Under the pieces are notes generated by a model. It ran no database searches. It was not told the DNA's origin and was given only the letters and a program-made list of their open reading frames with translations. Shown one piece after another: positions 28,616 to 37,707 of a stretch of DNA of 64,000 nt. Every line of letters starts with the position of its first letter. The first letter of the stretch is position 1. This DNA is from an uncultured bacterium. Lineage in GTDB: Bacteria > Patescibacteriota > Minisyncoccia > Phycocordibacterales > UBA11359. A program made the translations under genes and the position numbers. The stretch is from the NCBI GenBank assembly GCA_903831815.1, contig CAIKZC010000001.1:20188-84187 (forward strand), given 5' to 3'.

Positions 28616-30133
28616 TTAGCCAATAAAGGTTAAAGCTTTCCCTGTTTTGTCGCCTCGTCCAGTTCGCCCAATACGGTGAACATAGTCATCGTAGGTAGCA
28701 GGAAGATCAAAGTTGATCACGTGACTCACGTCTGGAATATCCAGCCCTCTTGCGGCCACATCGGTCGCTACCAGCACCTGCACCTTACTATCTTTAAACG
28801 CACCGAGTGCGCGCTGTCGCTGTCCATGGTTTTTATTTCCATGAATTGATTCAGCTTTGACACCAGCTTGTGAAAGAAGTTTTGAAAGTTTTTCCACACC
28901 ATGTTTGGTGCGTCCGAAAACAAGCACTTTGCTAAATTCTGCTTTTGAAAGCATTTCTCGCAAAACCTGAACTTTGTCGCTACCACCAACTCGCACAACA
29001 TCTTGATCCACGTTTCGAGCGGTATCGCGAGTCTTCACGGAAATACTAACTGGTTCTTTCAAAAATTCTTTGATAAGACCAGCGATTTCAGGAGAAAGAG
29101 TGGCTGAAAAGAAAAGCGTCTGGCGATCCTTGGCCATACGAGACATAATTGCGCGCATGTCATTGATAAATCCCATGTCGAGCATGCGATCAGCTTCGTC
29201 GAGCACAACCGTTTTGAATTCTTCGAGCTTAATAAATTTTCGCTCGATTAGATCCTTGATACGTCCAGGAGTTCCGATAACAAAACTGTGCATCAATTTA
29301 AGTTGTGAAATTTGGCGACCAATTGGCGCACCACCAACACAGCAAACTCCGAAAATTCGAAGCATTGGAGTAAAGAGACGAAGCTCAGCTTCGATTTGAA
29401 TAGCGAGCTCACGAGTCGGTACCATAACGATAACTTTCTCGCGAGGACTAATTAATATTTTATTTATAAGAGGAATAAGAAAGGCCGCGGTCTTTCCGGT
29501 ACCGGTATTAGCAATACCAACAACGTCCTGCCCTTTTATGACATGAGGAATTGCTTTATCTTGAATTGGAGTTGGAGCAGTAAAACCGTGCTTAGCAATA
29601 TTTTGTTTAATGCGAGCATCAATTTCAAAATCATTGAACTTATGTTCAGGCACAAATTTTTCAACGGTCTCAGTAATAACAGCTTTGTTAACAAAACGAG
29701 CTGGATCGATTTTTTGATCCGCTGGACCACGACGGCCACCGCCATTGCCACCGCGACTTCCACCATATCCGCCGCGTGAACTTGAACCGCCACGACTAAA
29801 ACCACTATGTGAGCTTGAGCTTCCATAGGTTTTCTTGGCACCGTAAGTACTTGAAGTATTTCGGTGACCATAGGTCGATGTCCCAGATCTCCAAGTTGAA
29901 ACAGCTCCAGTAGAACCTACACTAGATGTTCGAGGAGATGATCCTTCATAACGACTGGTTGTTCGAGGCTTGTAACTTGAAGAACCGCCTGTACTTGCAG
30001 GACTTCTTACTGAGCTTACCGGGCTTTTATAACCGGTACCGTGACCGCTTCCACTAAATTTGCTTTTATTGCCAAAGGAGCTTCCACCAGCCCCGGGCAT
30101 TTTTCGATAGACTTTGATTATACTCATAGACAC
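28616..30133 (-). CDS. DEAD-box RNA helicase (RhlE-like) with a long G/S/R-rich N-terminal extension
   Basis: PTPIQ, TGTGKT, PTRELA, DEAD, SAT, HRIGRTGR. Confidence 0.95.
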   Translation of the reverse strand: MSMSIIKVYRKMPGAGGSSFGNKSKFSGSGHGTGYKSPVSSVRSPASTGGSSSYKPRTTSRYEGSSPRTSSVGSTGAVSTWRSGTSTYGHRNTSSTYGAKKTYGSSSSHSGFSRGGSSSRGGYGGSRGGNGGGRRGPADQKIDPARFVNKAVITETVEKFVPEHKFNDFEIDARIKQNIAKHGFTAPTPIQDKAIPHVIKGQDVVGIANTGTGKTAAFLIPLINKILISPREKVIVMVPTRELAIQIEAELRLFTPMLRIFGVCCVGGAPIGRQISQLKLMHSFVIGTPGRIKDLIERKFIKLEEFKTVVLDEADRMLDMGFINDMRAIMSRMAKDRQTLFFSATLSPEIAGLIKEFLKEPVSISVKTRDTARNVDQDVVRVGGSDKVQVLREMLSKAEFSKVLVFGRTKHGVEKLSKLLSQAGVKAESIHGNKNHGQRQRALGAFKDSKVQVLVATDVAARGLDIPDVSHVINFDLPATYDDYVHRIGRTGRGDKTGKALTFIG

Positions 30134-30150
30134 TATAAGTTATTGATTAA

Positions 30151-30231
30151 GTGAGCAGATTCTTCTGAAGTTTTATCCAAGAACGTGCCAAAATATGGCT
30201 AACTTCTTGAGTTTCAGAGAATCTTGTTCAC
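30151..30231 (-). promoter_or_regulatory. Structured 5' leader of the DEAD-box helicase mRNA
   Basis: Long imperfect stem GTGAACAAGATTCTCTGAA...TTCAGAAGAATCTGCTCAC with an inner hairpin; TATACT -10 near 30268-30273. Confidence 0.55.
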
Positions 30232-30378
30232 GGAAACCAAAACTATTGAGATTTGCTTACATAGTGAGTATATACCACTTTTAAGAACCTGTCAATATTG
30301 ATTCAAAAAGCTGGTTTGTTAGTATATAAACACATTTGGGAATTCCCACGTCCCCCGCCCACAAGGCGGGGATTTATT

Positions 30379-30774
30379 TTATGAGGTCATATGCAAATGA
30401 GTAAATTCCTCTCTAATAAAAACTCCTTCACCTAAAGTCAGTTCACCTATCTTTTTGTCCAAACGTCTATAATCAAATATTCTACTTTGAGACAAAACAA
30501 CTGTTTGCGATGTATTCAAAAAAGATATTGGAACATACCAAGATCCAACCTTCTTTTTTGAAGTCAAAGGTAAACCGAAAAAAGTGTATCTATCATATTT
30601 TTTAAATATGAAAATCGGCCGAGTAAATTTCTCGCTTTTACCATTTATTTCATTTCCAACATTTTCTCCTATATAACACCACCAAACTTCATTTTCTTTG
30701 AATAAAGGCGGTTCGTGGTTCTGTTTATTCAATTTCTCTTTTAACCCTATCCACTCCAAAAATCTTTTGATCAT
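30379..30774 (-). CDS. PemK/MazF-like toxin family protein
   Basis: EVWWCYIGENVGNEINGK..RPIFI..LPLTS..SQ.R..D.RRL. Confidence 0.8.
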   Translation of the reverse strand: MIKRFLEWIGLKEKLNKQNHEPPLFKENEVWWCYIGENVGNEINGKSEKFTRPIFIFKKYDRYTFFGLPLTSKKKVGSWYVPISFLNTSQTVVLSQSRIFDYRRLDKKIGELTLGEGVFIREEFTHLHMTS

Positions 30775-30849
30775 TTAATGACCATAACATATTGGAGATA
30801 AAATATTTATAAAGAAATAATAGAGAAAAAATGAAGAAAAAACGTTAAC

Positions 30850-32355
30850 CTATTTCTCCAAATCGAGGGTTTCGTCGATGCGAATTTGTTTGACGAATTC
30901 GGGGACGTGGCTCACGAGGATCATCGCTCCTTCGTATGCATTAAGAGCTTCAGCAATAAGAGGAATATGACGGAAATTTATATGGTTAGTTGGTTCATCC
31001 AAAATAAGTAGGCCTGGTTTTTGTAGAAGAAGTCGTGCGAAAGCCACGAGACCTTTCTGCCCTTCCGAAAGACTTCCGATTTTACTATTTATCAAAGTGT
31101 CGCCAATTAAAAATCCGGCGGCGACAGTACGCAAACGTTCCTCATTTACTCTTCCGGTCACAGTATCCAAAACAGTGGCCAGCGATTGGTAAACCGTATC
31201 TTCAAAATTAAGAGTGGAAAAATCTTGTCGGTAATATCCAACTCGCACACCTTCGGAGATTTCCGTCCCTTCCGCTTCCCCTTTAGCCATAGCTTCAAGT
31301 AATGTGCTTTTACCGATACCGTTTGGACCCGCAAGCAACAAGTGCATATTTTTGCGCAAAGTCACCGAGCATTTTCGCATTGTCGGTTTATGATTCTTAA
31401 TCATTTTAAATTTTGTGATGTGCACGATTTCAGCCGGTAAATTTTCTTGAGCCTGTATCGTGAAAGCTCGGATAGTTCTGTCCTCTTTGCGAACATCAAC
31501 TTTAGATTCCTCGAGTTCCTCAGCTTTTTCGCGCATGCGCTTAGCGACGAGTCGCATCTGACCACCTTTCATGGCAAAAAAGTTAGCTTTATCTTTGTTC
31601 TCTTGGATCTCTTTGGCGAGCTGCGCATTCTTGCGATTTTCTTTTTCAATGCGAATTGTAATCTCAGCAAGCACGTCATTGTAGTTTCCGACATACTGTT
31701 CAATCTTGCGAGTATGCACATCCAAATATAAAACGCCATGAGTGAAAGCATTTAGAAATTCTGAATCATGAGAAATAACAATGACGGTCTTTTTGTAATT
31801 CACCAAAAAATTGGTTAAATGTTCGATGCCAGCTTTGTCCAAATTGTTGGTTGGCTCATCAAGAAGCAAAACATCCGGGTCTTGGATGAGAGCTGAAGCG
31901 AGAAGCAAACGCGCTTGCTGACCGCCGGAAAAACTTCTGACCGTGCGATCGTGTGGTGCTTTGAGATTGACCACTTCCAAAACGGCGTCAATTCGCGGAT
32001 CGATGTCATATACTTTTTTGCCGTTTATCAAAACACCCTCGAGTGCTTTTTTAAAAAATTCGAGGACTGTGAGGTCGAGGTCGGCGCGCGGAATAACTTG
32101 CTTGGAAATCGCAATTGAAAGACCTTTTTGAATATGCACTTGGCCATCTTCCGGTCTAAGCGCGCCGATGATCATCTGGAAAAGCGTGCTTTTGCCTGCA
32201 CCGTTTTGTCCCATGACCGTAATTTTACTGCCACGACGAACGGCAAAATCAACCTCATTTAAAATAGGTTTGTGAATACTGTATTCAAATGTCACCTTTT
32301 CGAACCGAATGATAAGCTCACCTCGGTTTTCTGGGCGGTTGTCGTTAGGATTCAT
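30850..32355 (-). CDS. ABC-F family ATPase
   Basis: Two ABC domains (GQNGAGKST, FSGGQ; GPNGIGKST, LSEGQ) joined by a helical linker, no TM segments. Confidence 0.93.
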   Translation of the reverse strand: MNPNDNRPENRGELIIRFEKVTFEYSIHKPILNEVDFAVRRGSKITVMGQNGAGKSTLFQMIIGALRPEDGQVHIQKGLSIAISKQVIPRADLDLTVLEFFKKALEGVLINGKKVYDIDPRIDAVLEVVNLKAPHDRTVRSFSGGQQARLLLASALIQDPDVLLLDEPTNNLDKAGIEHLTNFLVNYKKTVIVISHDSEFLNAFTHGVLYLDVHTRKIEQYVGNYNDVLAEITIRIEKENRKNAQLAKEIQENKDKANFFAMKGGQMRLVAKRMREKAEELEESKVDVRKEDRTIRAFTIQAQENLPAEIVHITKFKMIKNHKPTMRKCSVTLRKNMHLLLAGPNGIGKSTLLEAMAKGEAEGTEISEGVRVGYYRQDFSTLNFEDTVYQSLATVLDTVTGRVNEERLRTVAAGFLIGDTLINSKIGSLSEGQKGLVAFARLLLQKPGLLILDEPTNHINFRHIPLIAEALNAYEGAMILVSHVPEFVKQIRIDETLDLEK

Positions 32356-32415
32356 CGCAGTACTACAGAGTACCTTATATCGGCAAAAAAGCAAAATGAT
32401 GCTAGACTGTGACGT

Positions 32416-33753
32416 ATGGCGAAAAACGCAGAAAAAACCGTAAATGAAGCGAAAGACGACATAAAAAAGACCGCGCACAACATGATCGACGTGAACGTTT
32501 GGGACGTGGCGGTGATCGGTGGCGGACCGGCCGGCATGATGGCGGCTGGAAGGGCGGCCGAGCGCGGTCTGCGCGTGGTTTTGCTCGAGAAAAACGAGGC
32601 GCTCGGCCGCAAACTCCTCCTTACCGGCGGCGGTCGGTGCAACTTGACCAACGCAGAGCTCGACACTCGCAAACTACTTTCAAAATTTAAAGACAACAAC
32701 AAATTTCTTTTTTCGGCTTTTTCGCAATTTTCCGTTCAACAAACTCTGGATTTTTTCCACGATCACGGCATGCAAACCAAGATCGAAGCCGGTCAACGAG
32801 TGTTTCCCGCTAGCGAAATGTCGCAATCGGTTCGCAATGTACTTGAAGATTATTTGAAAAGCGGAAAAGTTACAGTTCAAAGCAATTCACCTGTCAAAGG
32901 TTTTATAAAAAGTTTCGATTCGGAAAACACAAAAACAATTTCGGCAATCGAACTTGCAAACGGCGAAATAATTTGCGCCAAATCTTTTGTTCTGGCCACC
33001 GGCGGTAAATCTCGACCGGAAACCGGATCGACCGGTGACGGCTTCGTTTGGCTAAAAGATCTGGGACATACTATTACCGAACCGTCAGCTTCGCTTGTGC
33101 CAATCGCCATAAAAGACGAATGGGTCAAAAAGCTTCAGGGCGTGCCACTCGAAAATGTCAAAATCACCACAATTCAATTTGGGAAAAAGGAAACATTCAA
33201 AAAAGGCAAAATCCTTTTCACTCATTTCGGTCTGACTGGTCCGACGATTCTAAATATGAGTAAAGATATCGGCGAACTACTAAAATACGGAGACGTTGAA
33301 ATTTCGATCGATATCCTCCCCTCTCTCGATTACGGACAACTAAATTTGAAACTTCAAGAAATTTTTACGACTGAAGCAACCAAGAAATTTAAAAATTCTT
33401 TAAAATCTCTAGTCTCATCATCCATCGCGCCGGTCATTGTCAAACTTTCCGGCATCGATCCAGATAAAACCTGCAACGGTGTCTCGCGCGAAGAACGCCT
33501 CAAACTTATTCAACTTTTCAAAGACGTGCGAATAACAGTCGCAGGACTATTAGGAGTTGATAAAGCTATCGTCACCTCCGGTGGTGTCGCGCTCGACGAA
33601 GTTGATTTCCGCACCATGCAAAGCCGTCTTTTCCCCAACCTCTACCTCGTCGGCGACATTCTAGACATTGATCGCCCATCCGGTGGCTACAGTCTTCAAC
33701 TTTGCTGGACTACCGGTTATGTCGCCGGCAATTCAGTGGCCATAAATACATAG
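32416..33753 (+). CDS. NAD(P)/FAD-dependent oxidoreductase, HI0933/BaiN family
   Basis: GGGPAGMMAA, GRKLLLTGGGRCNLTN, TGSTGDG, GGYSLQ. Confidence 0.93.
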   Translation: MAKNAEKTVNEAKDDIKKTAHNMIDVNVWDVAVIGGGPAGMMAAGRAAERGLRVVLLEKNEALGRKLLLTGGGRCNLTNAELDTRKLLSKFKDNNKFLFSAFSQFSVQQTLDFFHDHGMQTKIEAGQRVFPASEMSQSVRNVLEDYLKSGKVTVQSNSPVKGFIKSFDSENTKTISAIELANGEIICAKSFVLATGGKSRPETGSTGDGFVWLKDLGHTITEPSASLVPIAIKDEWVKKLQGVPLENVKITTIQFGKKETFKKGKILFTHFGLTGPTILNMSKDIGELLKYGDVEISIDILPSLDYGQLNLKLQEIFTTEATKKFKNSLKSLVSSSIAPVIVKLSGIDPDKTCNGVSREERLKLIQLFKDVRITVAGLLGVDKAIVTSGGVALDEVDFRTMQSRLFPNLYLVGDILDIDRPSGGYSLQLCWTTGYVAGNSVAINT

Positions 33754-33851
33754 ATGGTATTCTTCCGTTGCGTTTACAAACACCTTAAAAAATGCTATCG
33801 TAATGGTTTGCAGGGTTTTTGGGAGGTAACCATAAATACAACTCAAAAAAA

Positions 33852-36068
33852 ATGAAACATTCACAAAAAGACAAAAAGTGGGCGGTATACGTTAGCACTT
33901 TTCCCCCTCGTGAGTGTGGAATAGCCAATTTTACTCAAGATCTATCTAACGCATTCAACGAACTTTACGCTCCACGTGAAGAGACAAAGATCGTGGCCAT
34001 GAACCTCGATAGTGACGCGTCTTATGTCTATGACAAAAAACGAGTCATCTTTCAGATCCCCCAACCCGATGAATCAAAATATGTCGAAGCGGCGAAATTT
34101 TTAAATAATTCTTCCAAAGTTTCAATAGTCAACGTTCAACACGAGTTCGGTATTTTTGGCGGACCAAACGGTAGTCATATTATTATTTTTTTGCGAGAAC
34201 TTAAAAAACCGGTCGTCATAACTTTCCATACAGTTTTACCGAATCCAAATCAGGAGATCCACGATGTGGTTTCTGCCATCAACAACCATGTTCGCACCAT
34301 TATTGTCATGACCGAAAATTCCAAGAATATTTTGATCAAAGATTATGGCATCAATCCAGAAAAAATTAAAATTATTCCCCACGGCATTCATTCGACTCCA
34401 TATTCCGACAGTTTAAAATTCAAAAAAAAGCTCGGTTTGAAAAATAAGACTACGATCTCAACTTTCGGACTTTTAAGTTCCGGTAAAGGTATCGAGTTCG
34501 GAATCGAGGCTATGACCGAAGTTGTGAAAAAATATCCCGAAGCTGTCTACCTAATTATTGGCGCCACTCACCCGGTCGTATTAAAAAATGAGGGTGAAAA
34601 ATATCGCGAAGGACTCCTGGCGAAAGTCAAAGAACTTGGTCTGGAAAACAATGTTATTTTTTACAATAAATATTTAGACACGCCGGACCTTTTGGATTTT
34701 CTAAATGCCACAGATATTTATCTCGCTCCTCCGCAAAATCCCGATCAAGCCGTATCCGGAACTCTCTCTTATGCTCTTGGTTGCGGAAAACCGATAGTTT
34801 CCACTGCTTTCGCTCAAGCCAGAGAGGATGTCACGCCTGAAGTTGGAATTTTGGTTAATTTTAATGAATCGGGAGGTATTCGCGATGCAATCTTAGATCT
34901 GTTAAATGATCCGGAGAAACGACAAAAAATGGGTATGCTCGCCTATTTCAGAACCCGAAGCCGAACCTGGCAAAATGTAATTCTCAATTATATGCGAGAG
35001 TATATCGAGATCGCACCGGAGCTTGGTGAAACTGAAAAGAATTTACCTAAGATCAAACTCGACCATCTAATCAATATGACCGATAAATTTGGTCTTTTCC
35101 AATTTGCCAAATTGACTGAGGCTGATCCGACCTTTGGATATACGACCGATGACAATGCCCGCGCACTGATCGCTATGATCAAATTTTATGAAGAAACCGG
35201 TCGTAAACGAGCGCTTCCGCTTATCAAGACATATCTCAACTTTCTGGAATTCGTTTCTAGACCCGAAGGTGGTTTTCATAATTACGTAAACCATGACAAA
35301 ACTATTTCTCTTGAGCAACATGTGCGAGAAAATTTAGAAAGTGCCAACTCACGAGCTATTTTTGCCTTATCAAAAACAGCCGTTTCATCGGTGTTACCGG
35401 AAGCAATTCGAGAAAAAGCCGCTCAACTTTTTAGAAAAAATATCGAAACAGGCTGCCAAATGATTGCGCCCCGTTCGCTTTCCTATTTTATAAAAGCCTT
35501 ATCGAAGTGGACTCAGATAGATTCAGGTCCCGAAATTCTAAAATTGATCCAGGAAAGAGCGGACAGGCTTGTGGCAATGTTCGAAGAAAACAGCGATCCT
35601 AATTGGAAATGGTTTGAAGATATACTCGCCTATTCTAATGGACTTATGCCGGATGCTCTAATCGATGCTTATAAAATTTTGAAAAACGAAAAATATTTGA
35701 GCGTGGCCAGAGAATCTATGGAATTTTTGAACGCTTACAGTTTTGACGGGGATGTTTGTGTTCCGATCGGACAAAGCGGCTGGCTCAAGCGTGGCAGTAA
35801 AAAAACTCTACACGATCAACAGCCGGAGGAAGTCGCGATGTTAGTTTTGACGCAGAAATCTCTGTATCAGATCACCAACGACGAACGTCTCCAAGAAAAA
35901 ATGCATTTGGCTTTTAATTGGTTCCTCGGCAACAACACTTTGCATCAAGTCGTATATGATCAAGCGACCGGCGGCTGTTACGACGGAGTCGGTGAAAAAA
36001 ATATCAATCTCAACCAAGGAGCGGAATCGACCGTTATGTATTTGTTGGCGCGTTTGGCTTTTGAATAA
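33852..36068 (+). CDS. GT4 glycosyltransferase fused to a C-terminal six-hairpin-glycosidase-like domain
   Basis: STFPPRECGIA, QHEFGIFGG, SGTLSYALG; then GYTTDDNARA, DQQP, GGCYDG..NLNQGAEST. Confidence 0.9.
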   Translation: MKHSQKDKKWAVYVSTFPPRECGIANFTQDLSNAFNELYAPREETKIVAMNLDSDASYVYDKKRVIFQIPQPDESKYVEAAKFLNNSSKVSIVNVQHEFGIFGGPNGSHIIIFLRELKKPVVITFHTVLPNPNQEIHDVVSAINNHVRTIIVMTENSKNILIKDYGINPEKIKIIPHGIHSTPYSDSLKFKKKLGLKNKTTISTFGLLSSGKGIEFGIEAMTEVVKKYPEAVYLIIGATHPVVLKNEGEKYREGLLAKVKELGLENNVIFYNKYLDTPDLLDFLNATDIYLAPPQNPDQAVSGTLSYALGCGKPIVSTAFAQAREDVTPEVGILVNFNESGGIRDAILDLLNDPEKRQKMGMLAYFRTRSRTWQNVILNYMREYIEIAPELGETEKNLPKIKLDHLINMTDKFGLFQFAKLTEADPTFGYTTDDNARALIAMIKFYEETGRKRALPLIKTYLNFLEFVSRPEGGFHNYVNHDKTISLEQHVRENLESANSRAIFALSKTAVSSVLPEAIREKAAQLFRKNIETGCQMIAPRSLSYFIKALSKWTQIDSGPEILKLIQERADRLVAMFEENSDPNWKWFEDILAYSNGLMPDALIDAYKILKNEKYLSVARESMEFLNAYSFDGDVCVPIGQSGWLKRGSKKTLHDQQPEEVAMLVLTQKSLYQITNDERLQEKMHLAFNWFLGNNTLHQVVYDQATGGCYDGVGEKNINLNQGAESTVMYLLARLAFE

Positions 36069-36092
36069 ATTTTTTCTTCATTTTTTTTGGAT

Positions 36093-36123
36093 AAAGAAAA
36101 ACCCCTGTGCGGGGTTTTCCTTT
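36093..36123. terminator. Bidirectional intrinsic terminator
   Basis: AAAGAAAAACCCC-TGTGC-GGGGTTTTCCTTT. Confidence 0.7.
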
Positions 36124-36502
36124 GGTACCGGATTGCCGGTGGGATTGCCTATTTTTTTAAGGTGGTGCCTGATTAAGTATCCAAGGATACTGTAAATGTT
36201 TGGCCCCTTGTGATATGTTAGCGAATCCAGACCTCAAAGCAACCCTAGTAACCTGAATATAGTATACGGAGGGTTCCAAAAATCGGACTTTTTTGAAGTG
36301 CACAAACTGTTGAGAAAATGTGCAAATTGAAATCAGAAAAATATAAGGCTAATTTTCAGGAAGAACATTGGTCTATTTTTCAGGGTCAAAAGTGCAAAAC
36401 TTTATTTATTGAAACTTGACAGCTTTTTGAATGCTTGAATATTGACTCATTTTAAAGTATTCTGTGAACACATCCGGCGCGCTGCTTCGCGCGCGCCGTC
36501 AT

Positions 36503-36573
36503 TGCGGGTTCGTCTAATGGTAGGACATTGCCCTCTGGAGGCAAGTATTGGGGTTCGAGTCCCTGACCCGCAG
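36503..36573 (+). tRNA. tRNA-Gln(CTG)
   Basis: TGCGGGT/ACCCGCA acceptor, TTGCC-CTCTGGA-GGCAA anticodon arm, GTTCGAGTC T-loop. Confidence 0.93.
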
Positions 36574-36587
36574 CAATATCAACTTAC

Positions 36588-36893
36588 TCATAAATTCTTA
36601 TATTGTTTTTCTATTTCTTTCGCAACCTCAAAATCCAGATCAGTCACCTTGCCTCCAACATCAAAACGTTGGAGTTCGAATAGTATTTTTGTATAAAAAA
36701 TATGCATATCGGGATGATGATCGATCTGTTCACAAAAAAGTGTGAGATTATTGATGAAATTTATTCCTTCCACAAATGTTTTGAACTCAAATTCCTTGCT
36801 TAATTTATTGTCATGGTATTTCCAACCTGGCAATTCTCTCATTCGTTCCGTTATTTCCTCATCTTTTAAAATTATTGGATTAGATTTTGCCAT
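36588..36893 (-). CDS. phhB: Pterin-4-alpha-carbinolamine dehydratase
   Basis: F.FKTF, DHHPD, VTDLDFEVA. Confidence 0.88.
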   Translation of the reverse strand: MAKSNPIILKDEEITERMRELPGWKYHDNKLSKEFEFKTFVEGINFINNLTLFCEQIDHHPDMHIFYTKILFELQRFDVGGKVTDLDFEVAKEIEKQYKNL

Positions 36894-36895
36894 TT

Positions 36896-37258
36896 TTATG
36901 TTTCTTTAGTGTCATAGTAGAAATGTTCGTTCACAACTTTTCCGTCGCGCCATTTCTGAATAGATACTTCTTTTCTATCAACTTTTCCGAAATCCCTATG
37001 ATCAAAATCAAGATGCCACTCTGTTATGCTGATGTCATCACCAATTGCGGTATTTAGCACCGTCGCACCACGGAATTCCATAAGACCACTCACCAAATTT
37101 TGCTGATATTCTCGATTCACCTCTTTTCCAACGCGCGGTTCGCTGTTATTTTCTTGCACTTCAACCTCATCATCGTAATATTTTTCGAATGCGTCGATCA
37201 ACTCGCCTTTTGTGACCATTTCGTTCAGGTTTTCGGATAATTTTTTAATATTTTTCAT
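36896..37258 (-). CDS. SnoaL/NTF2-like protein
   Basis: AFEKYY..V..QEN..PRVGK, QKWRDGKVVNEHFYY. Confidence 0.85.
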   Translation of the reverse strand: MKNIKKLSENLNEMVTKGELIDAFEKYYDDEVEVQENNSEPRVGKEVNREYQQNLVSGLMEFRGATVLNTAIGDDISITEWHLDFDHRDFGKVDRKEVSIQKWRDGKVVNEHFYYDTKET

Positions 37259-37423
37259 TAGTTTTTGATTAGTTAATAAGACTTAATTGTTAGCTATAGA
37301 CCGCTGGAAATCGGTTTTTATTACAATATAAAGCCATATTTTGTGTGAATAACTTATATAGACATGCTGTCAGCAAGTTATATAATTAAACATGTAAGAC
37401 GATTATTAGTTAACAAGAATAAA

Positions 37424-37651
37424 ATGAAAATGAGTCCTCTTGGTTGGGTTGCTTTTGTTCTCACTATTATTGGAGGTTTAAATTGGGGCCTTATCGGGGC
37501 TTTCGGATTTGACCTAGTAGCTTCAATTTTTGGCGCTATGAGCGTAACTTCACGAGTTATCTATGTCCTCGTTGGATTGAGCGCAATCTATATGCTCGTT
37601 GAAGGATTGATGAAGACAAAGGCTCCAGCAGTTTCTGCTCCACAAATGTAG
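37424..37651 (+). CDS. DUF378 family small membrane protein
   Basis: LTIIGGLNWGLIG.FGFDLV..IFG..SR.IYVLVGLSA. Confidence 0.9.
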   Translation: MKMSPLGWVAFVLTIIGGLNWGLIGAFGFDLVASIFGAMSVTSRVIYVLVGLSAIYMLVEGLMKTKAPAVSAPQM

Positions 37652-37655
37652 TCGT

Positions 37656-37707
37656 AATAAAGCAAAATAAAAACACTAGATAACTAGTGTTTTTATTTTG
37701 CTTTATT
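37656..37707. terminator. Perfect 24-bp hairpin between convergent genes, overlapping the pyrG stop
   Basis: AATAAAGCAAAATAAAAACACTAG-ATAA-CTAGTGTTTTTATTTTGCTTTATT. Confidence 0.8.

Noticed and set aside
32400-32670. GC-rich patch at the start of the HI0933-family gene as a mobile insert
   Set aside because: It is in frame and encodes the Gly/Ala-rich FAD-binding motif; no flanking repeats were seen.
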